Assembly (NCBI GenBank): GCA_963796285.1
Contig: CAWCKW010000012.1
Coordinates: forward strand, 1,184,001 to 1,248,000
Direction of reading: 5' to 3'
DNA: 64,000 nucleotides
DNA from: Nitrospirota bacterium
GTDB lineage: Bacteria; Nitrospirota; UBA9217
The notes under the pieces were generated by a model. The model saw only the letters and a program-made list of their open reading frames with translations, searched no databases and was not told the DNA's origin. Below, in pieces: positions 57,290-64,000 of this stretch (position 1 is its first letter; every line of letters starts with the position of its first letter). The position numbers and the translations under genes are program-made.

Positions 57290-58096
57290 CAGTGAGAGCC
57301 TCCGCCTTTTTTGAACACCATGCTTACGCCGAAACCCGCGCCAAGCGCGACCCCGATGGAGAGAAAACCGTAGATCGCCGGGCTGTTCTTTGCCATGGTT
57401 GCCAGGGTCTTGACCATGCCGACCTGCTCAACGTTGACCTTTGACTGGGCCTGTTCCACGACCTTATTGTCCTTCACGGCATAGACCGAGACAAGGTAAT
57501 CTCCCGGCTGGGCCTGGTAGGGCCAATCGGTGAGGATGATAGTATTCCTGTTGTCCTTCGGCGTTCATGGTCGTCTCGATCTTCCCGGATGACGTCGTGT
57601 ATACTTTGGACGATTCCTTGTACTTGACGAACTCATCGAACCATTTCGCCTTCTCTTCCTCGTTCGCGACCGGGGTTATCTCCACATGTTTCGCAAGCGC
57701 GGGATAGCCGATCACATACTTCTCCATCTCTTCACGGCTCAGGATGTCTTCCACCTTCTTCGTGCTGAAGACCTCGTAGAAGTTGGGGGTCTGCTCGAAC
57801 TTCAGCTGGCCCACATTCATCCAGAGCACTCCCCCGACCTTGCCCTTCTGCTTCAATACCTGGTGCCCTTCGGGCGACGTTATCTTGATGATCAGGTCCG
57901 CGCCGGGATCCGATATGCCCCGCACGCTCACGGTGCTGCCGTGATAAAAAAAGTCGATGGTGATATGGTCGTGATTCGCCTTGGCAGTGAGCATCGCAAA
58001 AGCGTTATTGGAAATTGCAAATTGGAAAATGCAAATTGCAAAGGTGAAAGCGAGAAAAATATTGAACTTTGAACTTTGAACTTTGAACTTTTTCAT
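57289..58096 (-). CDS. TIGR02186-like exported/membrane protein partnering a TSUP transporter (frameshift ~57540)
   Basis: Signal peptide, I.IDFFYHG, KGKVGGVLWMN and C-terminal TM YG..SI.VAL.AG. Confidence 0.8.
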
Positions 58097-58098
58097 TA

Positions 58099-59026
58099 TT
58101 AATGTCCTCCGACCTGGCTGAGAAGTAATGACGGGGTCAACGTGACCTCGAAAACGATCTTGACGGTCACGACGAGCACGATCACCGCGAGAAGGATCTT
58201 GAGCTGCTCGGCCTTGAGCTTCCTGCCGAACACGGCGCCGATCTGCGCCCCAACGGTCGAACCCAGGAGCAGGAGCACGGCGAGCAGGAAGTCCACGCTG
58301 TGATTGGTGTATGCCTGGAGGAACGTGACCTCGATGCAGGTGAACAGGATCTGGAACAGGCTCGTTCCGACCACCACGTGCATCGGCATCCTGAGCATGT
58401 ACACCATGATCGGCACCATCAGGAACCCGCCGCCCACGCCCATGATGGCGGCAAGAATGCCGACAAACCCGCCAAGTACGATCGGGACGAACACGGAATG
58501 GGTGATGCCCGACTTCTCGAAGCGGGTCTGGAGCGGCAGGGACTTCAGGAACCTGCCCATTGCCGACTCCTTTTCTTCCTTCGCTTCTTCTCCCGGCCGC
58601 ATTCTTTTTCTTCCTCATGCTCTGGAGGCTCTCGATGAACATGTAGACGCCGACGATGCCGAGCATGAGGATATAGGTAATCTTGATCACGAAATCGGCA
58701 TTGCCCATGGCATGGAGCAGCTTGATTGCCTGGACGCCGACGATGCCGCCGATAAATCCGCCGACAAGGAGATACAGTCCCATCTTGAAGTCCACGTTGC
58801 CGACCTTCCAGTGGGCATAGGTGCCGGACGTGGATGCCGCCACGATCTGGTTGGAATCAGTTGCCGCGGCAACCGTCGACGGGATGCCGAACATGATGAG
58901 AAGCGGCGTCAAAAGAAATCCGCCGCCTACGCCGAAGAGACCGGAAAGCAGTCCCACGGCCAGCCCGAGCCCCACGGGGATCAGGATGTTGATGCTGGTC
59001 AATGCTACAGGTAGATACAGGTACAT
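58099..59026 (-). CDS. TauE/SafE (TSUP) family transporter (frameshift ~58600)
   Basis: MYLYLPVA start, GVGGGFL twice and VVVGTSLFQ. Confidence 0.9.
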
Positions 59027-59124
59027 TACTGGCACTCCTTTTCATTTATTATTTTTTACGCAACGTTCACGGAGGTTTAAAGCTTGACTCATTAACCTTT
59101 AACTTTTATTGTTTGAATGTTTTT

Positions 59125-59622
59125 TTAAGCAACTGCACAGGCCTGCCTGGTCATTGTCACGATCGGACGCGATGCAGTGCGTACAAGCCGGTTCAGGTCC
59201 TTGGAAGTAACATTACCCGCTTCGGTGATCGCGGGACTCAACACGACTTTATCGATGCCGGTATGCTCCTTGAGGAATTTTCGAATGCCTGATATCGCAT
59301 CCAAGCCCATGGAATGGACCTGCACCTGAATGCCTTCCTGGAAACATTTTTTCACAACAGTGTTGAGCTCCTTTTCGAAGACCTCCTGCCTGCCCTGAGA
59401 GCCCTCGGTCATGATCTGTTGCGCCGTGTCGTGCTCGCCTGCTTCGGCAAAACTGACTGCCGTCATGAGGTTTTCGAACTTGGCCATCAGGCGGCTCTGC
59501 TTATGGACGAACAGGAGCGTGATGTCCTCATACATAGCCTTTGCAAGCTCGATGGCGTACGAAACCCCTTCTTCCAGATTTTCATCCCTATAGGTGACGA
59601 ACAACAATTGTCTCTTTCCCAT
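59125..59622 (-). CDS. Hypothetical protein (degenerate USP-like), first gene of a sigma54 operon
   Basis: YAIELAK and AVSFAEAGEH motif; GAAGGAGG RBS. Confidence 0.7.
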   Translation of the reverse strand: MGKRQLLFVTYRDENLEEGVSYAIELAKAMYEDITLLFVHKQSRLMAKFENLMTAVSFAEAGEHDTAQQIMTEGSQGRQEVFEKELNTVVKKCFQEGIQVQVHSMGLDAISGIRKFLKEHTGIDKVVLSPAITEAGNVTSKDLNRLVRTASRPIVTMTRQACAVA

Positions 59623-59665
59623 TCTAAAACCCTCCTTCGTATGTGCACTGTGTTGCTTACTATAA

Positions 59666-59681
59666 TGCAACCACAGTGCCA
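59666..59681 (-). promoter_or_regulatory. Sigma54 -24/-12 promoter
   Basis: TGGCACTGTGGTTGCA on the minus strand, a consensus match ~45 nt before ATG 59622. Confidence 0.9.
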
Positions 59682-60042
59682 TTACGGATGTTATTGTTTT
59701 GTTAGAGTTTTGTTGATTTTAACGAAAATCTATGCGTTTCAGATATGAACGGTGGCGAACAGTATGCTACGAACCAGGGTTGGAAATTAGGAGAGGAGCG
59801 ATGATATAGAGTTTTGTTTTCAGGCCTTAAATCAAGGAAGTCTATTTTTTTAGAGAAAATTTATATGAAGTGGATGTATGCGGAGATGTGTTTAAATATG
59901 GAACGCGTCAGGGATGCTAGCAGACTATTGAAGAATTAAGAGTTGGGGTGGGGGGCTTCACAGCACCTCTCTCTGATGACTGTTTAAACGGGCAGCGCGT
60001 GCTCCCGGCAGTCCTCCTGTTGATGCGCATTAACCTTGGTTG

Positions 60043-61617
60043 TTAGAGAGATGACAGAACAGCCTCCACCGCCCTTATCGCATCGGCAGCGGAACTCGTT
60101 ATCCCACCTGTATAGCCGGAACCTTCACCTATGGGATAAAGGTTCTTGATGTTCACTGATTCAAATTTTTTGCTGCGCGTGATCCTGAGAGGAGCCGACG
60201 TTCTTGTTTCAGCACCCATCAATATGGCATGAGGGGAAACAAATGACGGATACGTCTTTTCCCAGGTCGTAAAGGCCGCCACGAGCGCATCGTTGACAAA
60301 CGCGGGAAACATCTCATGCAGATCCGCCGCAACTGTTCCCGTGGCACACGAATTTTTATTTAAACTGCCCGAGACCTTCCTGCTCAAAAAATCCTGCAAA
60401 TTCTGAGCAGGGACCTCCCATTTCCCTCCTCCTGCATGAAATGCCTTTCGCTCGATATCCTTTTGGAACTCGACCCCGGCCAGGGGATGGGCTGAGCAAT
60501 AATCACCGGTTTGGCAGGTTACCACGATGGCCGCATTAGAAAATTTCGACGACCTGCTGGAGTAGCTCATGCCGTTTACGACCAGCATGCCGTGTTCGGA
60601 GGAAGCGTTCATCACCTCGCCGCCCGGACACATGCAGAAGGTATACACGCCCCTTCGTATTTTTCGATCAGTGTAGTTCAGAGAATACGTGGCAGCTCCG
60701 ATGCCGGAGAAGTCCCTATATTTTGCGCCATATCGCATGAGATTGATGATCTCCACCGGGTGCTCCACTCTCACCCCGACGGAGATCGGCTTTTGCTCAA
60801 GGATAATGCCTTTTTTATAGAGCATCTCAAAGGTATCGCGCGCGGAATGTCCCACGGCAAGATAGATGCTTGAGCACTGATATTCCTTTTCTCCGTTTAC
60901 GACGACGCCGACGACCGCATTGTCCGACAGAAGCATGTCCGTCATTTTTGAGCTGTAATGTATCTCGCCACCCTGTTCGAGGACATAGTTCCTTATATTG
61001 CGGACGATCTTGCACAGCACGTCCGTTCCCAGATGGGGCTTGCTGACATACCCTATTTCTTCAGGCGCGCCGAATTTAATGAACGTATCCAGCACCTTGT
61101 TGATATATTCCGTGTTCATTTTCCGGGAAAACAGCTTCCCGTCGGAATATGAACCCGCGCCGCCTTCGCCGAACTGGATATTCGATTCCGGGTCAAGCAC
61201 CTTTTCTTTCACGAATTTTTGAACATCAATGGTCCGCTCTTCCAGCTTTTTACCCCGTTCGAATATGATCGGTTTGAGCCCATAGGCAATAAGCTCAAGA
61301 GCGGCGAACATGCCGGCAGGACCGAAACCTATGACGACCGGCCTCTCTGCGCTGTTTTTTGATTCTCTTGCTTTGGCTATTTTCTCGGTGTATACAGGAA
61401 GGTTTTCTTTGTTTTCAAAGCTGTCGGAGGTATTGACCACGAGCGATATTTCGTAGGTGAACTGCTCTTGATTGCCGGCATCAAGCGATTTGCTCAGCAT
61501 TTTGATGATGTGGATGGCTGTTTCAGGAACGTTCAATTTTTGCGCAGCTGCCTTTAGATAGCCATCCCTCCCGTCTTTTTCAACGGGTATGCGCAAATTG
61601 TTCAGTATTAAATTCAA
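60043..61617 (-). CDS. FAD-dependent oxidoreductase (COG2509-like)
   Basis: GFGPAG, FGEGGAGSYSDGKL, PHLGTD, FCMCPGG, ETRTS and GEGSGY.GGI.S. Confidence 0.92.
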   Translation of the reverse strand: MNLILNNLRIPVEKDGRDGYLKAAAQKLNVPETAIHIIKMLSKSLDAGNQEQFTYEISLVVNTSDSFENKENLPVYTEKIAKARESKNSAERPVVIGFGPAGMFAALELIAYGLKPIIFERGKKLEERTIDVQKFVKEKVLDPESNIQFGEGGAGSYSDGKLFSRKMNTEYINKVLDTFIKFGAPEEIGYVSKPHLGTDVLCKIVRNIRNYVLEQGGEIHYSSKMTDMLLSDNAVVGVVVNGEKEYQCSSIYLAVGHSARDTFEMLYKKGIILEQKPISVGVRVEHPVEIINLMRYGAKYRDFSGIGAATYSLNYTDRKIRRGVYTFCMCPGGEVMNASSEHGMLVVNGMSYSSRSSKFSNAAIVVTCQTGDYCSAHPLAGVEFQKDIERKAFHAGGGKWEVPAQNLQDFLSRKVSGSLNKNSCATGTVAADLHEMFPAFVNDALVAAFTTWEKTYPSFVSPHAILMGAETRTSAPLRITRSKKFESVNIKNLYPIGEGSGYTGGITSSAADAIRAVEAVLSSL

Positions 61618-61670
61618 GAATCCCCGTTTCCTTCATCATTCCCAGAGCCTTGACAACGCTCCGATGCGGA

Positions 61671-63002
61671 CTATTCTGATTTCAAAATCCTCCACAAGCT
61701 TGTCCGCGAGATTCCCAGGACCTCCGCGGCTTTTGACTTGTTGTCACCATACATTTCGAGTATCTTCTCTGCATAATCTTTATTGAGTTCCTCGATAGTC
61801 CTGACCTTGTCCGGCTCGATCGTTTCTATCTGGAACATCTTGATGTTCTGGGGCAGGCTGGCCGGCGTTATCACGTCACCCTTCTCGAGGATGATCGCCC
61901 TTTCCACGATGTTCTCCAGTTCCCGCACATTGCCCGGGTAACTGTAATGCATGAGTACTTCGAGCGCATCTTTCGTGAAACCCGTGATCTTCTTGCGGGA
62001 ACTGAGGACATGCTTTTCCAGGAAATAGGAGCAGAGCGGCAGGATGTCGTCCCGGCGGTCACGGAGCGGAGAGATGGAGATCTCCATGATGTTCAGCCGG
62101 TAGTACAGGTCCTCCCGGAAGCGTCCCTCGGCAATGATGGACCGTACGTTCTGATTGGTGGCCGCGATGAAACGAACGTCGACCTTGACCGGCTTGATTC
62201 CGCCCACGCGGTAGAACTCCCCTTCTTCAATCACCTTGAGCAGCTTGGCCTGGAGACCAGAGGCCATTTCGGCTATCTCGTCCAGAAACAGCGTGCCCGT
62301 GTCGGCAATCTCGACGAGCCCCTGCTTGGTCTTGACCGCACCGGTAAAGGCACCCTTTTCGTGGCCGAAGAGCTCGCTCGCAAGCAGTTCCTCGGTCAGC
62401 GTAGCGCAATTGATGGAAAGAAACGGCATGCCCTGCCGCCGGCTCGTGAAATGGATGATCTTTGCCAGGAGGCTCTTACCCACACCCGTTTCACCGGTCA
62501 AGAGCACGTTGCAGTCCGAGTCTTTCATCCCCTCGATCGTGCCGAGGATGTTGCTCATGCTTGCGCTCCTGGCGATGATCGAGACCTTTTTGTCCATGCC
62601 CGCATAGGCCTTCAGTGCGATATTCTCCTTCTTCAGGATCTTCTGATCGCGGATTTTATTAACCTTCAGGACCAGTTCGTCCAGGTCGAAAGGCTTGGTA
62701 ACATACTCGATGGCGCCCTTTTTCATAGCCTCGATCGCAGAACCGATGCTGCCGAAGCCCGTGATGATGATCACCTCGACCTCGATCTGTTTCACTTTGA
62801 TCTTTTCGAGCAGTTCAATGCCCGTGAGCCCCGGCATCTTAATGTCCGCGATCAAGAGGTCAAAGGAATCCGACTCGATCTTCGCGAGGGCATCGAGCCC
62901 GTTCAGTGTACTCGTGACCAAGTAACCTTCAGCCTTGAGCGTGTTCACGAGGTGCTTTACGGTAATCTCTTCGTCTTCCGCGATAAGTATTTTGAATGCC
63001 AT
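61671..63002 (-). CDS. Sigma54-dependent response regulator (AtoC/NtrC family)
   Basis: REC, GETGVGKS, GAFTGA, PGNVRELEN and LGISRTSLWR. Confidence 0.96.
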   Translation of the reverse strand: MAFKILIAEDEEITVKHLVNTLKAEGYLVTSTLNGLDALAKIESDSFDLLIADIKMPGLTGIELLEKIKVKQIEVEVIIITGFGSIGSAIEAMKKGAIEYVTKPFDLDELVLKVNKIRDQKILKKENIALKAYAGMDKKVSIIARSASMSNILGTIEGMKDSDCNVLLTGETGVGKSLLAKIIHFTSRRQGMPFLSINCATLTEELLASELFGHEKGAFTGAVKTKQGLVEIADTGTLFLDEIAEMASGLQAKLLKVIEEGEFYRVGGIKPVKVDVRFIAATNQNVRSIIAEGRFREDLYYRLNIMEISISPLRDRRDDILPLCSYFLEKHVLSSRKKITGFTKDALEVLMHYSYPGNVRELENIVERAIILEKGDVITPASLPQNIKMFQIETIEPDKVRTIEELNKDYAEKILEMYGDNKSKAAEVLGISRTSLWRILKSE

Positions 63003-63245
63003 GGCGCTCCTTTTGCCTCTCTTGTCGTAATGAAGTAATGCAATATTTTACCACAGAGCACTCAGAGAATACATTTAACTTCTAAATCGAATTTAACCAG
63101 GCGCAGAGAACGCAGAGGAGAATATTGATAAATCATTAGCGAATTTCTCGGCGTCTCTGTTTATGGCCGCGCCTTCGTAGCCTGCTGTTGCCATATCGCG
63201 GCCACAGGCAAGAGCAGGCTATGTCTGCGCGGCAGCTTATGACTT

Positions 63246-64000
63246 TTACAAAGCCCTGGGCATGGTGATCGTAAAGACCGTACCCTTCCCTTCATCGCTG
63301 GTCACGCTGATATCTCCATAGTGCTTCCTGACGATGTTGAATACGATGGCCAGCCCCAGTCCTGTGCCCTTGTCCTTTGTGGTGAAAAAGGGCTCGAAGA
63401 CCTTTTCCTGAGACGCCTTCGGCATGCCCTTGCCACTGTCGGAAACAGTAATGGTAATGGCCTCGCCAACGGTCCTGATCCTCACCGCCAGCGTTCCTCC
63501 ATCCGGCATAGCCTCCACTGCATTGGTGAAAAGATTGATGAAGACCTGTTCCATCAACTCCGGGTCCGCCATCAGGATGGAGTCGAGTGGTCCGGCATCC
63601 AGCGCAAAGTGTGCCTGGGACGTATCCGCGGTCAGTTTTTTGTAGACATGGTCGATCAATTCGGCCAGATTAATCCTCTGCAGGCGGGGCTCACGTCCCC
63701 GGGCGAACTCCAGGAGATCTCCCACGATCCGTTTCACCCTGACTGTCTGGCCCAGGATGTCCGATACCGCTTCATGCAGGACCGGAGAACCGCTTTCACC
63801 GGCCTGCTTCGCAAGCACTTGGGCCGAGAGATGAATGTTGTTCAGGGGGTTGTTCAACTCGTGGGCAACCCCGGCGGCGAGCGTTCCGATGGCGGCCAGC
63901 TTTTTGGTTTGGATCAGCTCCTTGTTCTTGCGTTCCAGCTCCGCTTCCCGCAAGGAAAGTTCGTCCTCCATCGTATTGAACTTTTCGATCAGCACTCCCA
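63246..64000 (-). CDS. Sensor histidine kinase, 5' part outside the window
   Basis: AHELNNPL, NLFTNA, DSGKG, FFTTK and GTGLGL. Confidence 0.93.
   Translation of the reverse strand, partial: GVLIEKFNTMEDELSLREAELERKNKELIQTKKLAAIGTLAAGVAHELNNPLNNIHLSAQVLAKQAGESGSPVLHEAVSDILGQTVRVKRIVGDLLEFARGREPRLQRINLAELIDHVYKKLTADTSQAHFALDAGPLDSILMADPELMEQVFINLFTNAVEAMPDGGTLAVRIRTVGEAITITVSDSGKGMPKASQEKVFEPFFTTKDKGTGLGLAIVFNIVRKHYGDISVTSDEGKGTVFTITMPRAL

Noticed and set aside
58064-58091. Tandem repeats here and elsewhere as a CRISPR array
   Set aside because: Units are 7-9 nt with no unique spacers and there are no cas genes.
57464-59035. 523-aa ORF suggesting a TauE-TIGR02186 fusion
   Set aside because: Artefact of a frameshift near 58600. 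The TauE C-half is in another frame with its own stop at 58099, and the next gene has its own start.

Overview
Bacterial chromosomal window, ~55% GC by eye. Gene content and style suggest an anaerobic Nitrospirota/deltaproteobacteria-like organism (inference only). Many conserved genes (secD, tgt, era, nadA, rmuC, kup, pmbA) carry single-base indels, best explained as long-read consensus errors rather than pseudogenes. 1-35 kb is mostly housekeeping: secDF-yajC-tgt-argS, ubiX, a GT9 heptosyltransferase, a FadL-like porin, hflX, pmbA, queD, an unusual three-Sm-domain hfq locus, lnt, recO, era, nadA and rmuC. It is interrupted by an AraC/aldo-keto reductase/flavodoxin islet. 35-64 kb is an ion-transport and signalling region: kup, a PEP-utiliser-like kinase, three two-component systems, two sigma54 operons carrying TauE/ClC/CBS/USP genes, and tatA. 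The most striking feature is a pair of coupled genes, each with a GspE-N-like (T2SSE_N/MshEN-like) head, carrying 3 and 2 DUF202-like Arg-heptad/2-TM repeats. The total of five units matches the pentameric DUF202 channel of the eukaryotic VTC polyphosphate translocase. Also notable: many intergenic inverted repeats built from 7-9 nt units (one nested four deep, one apparently forming a signal peptide), several leaderless promoters, and a probable ATC start for hflX. No rRNA, tRNA, CRISPR array or transposase was recognised.
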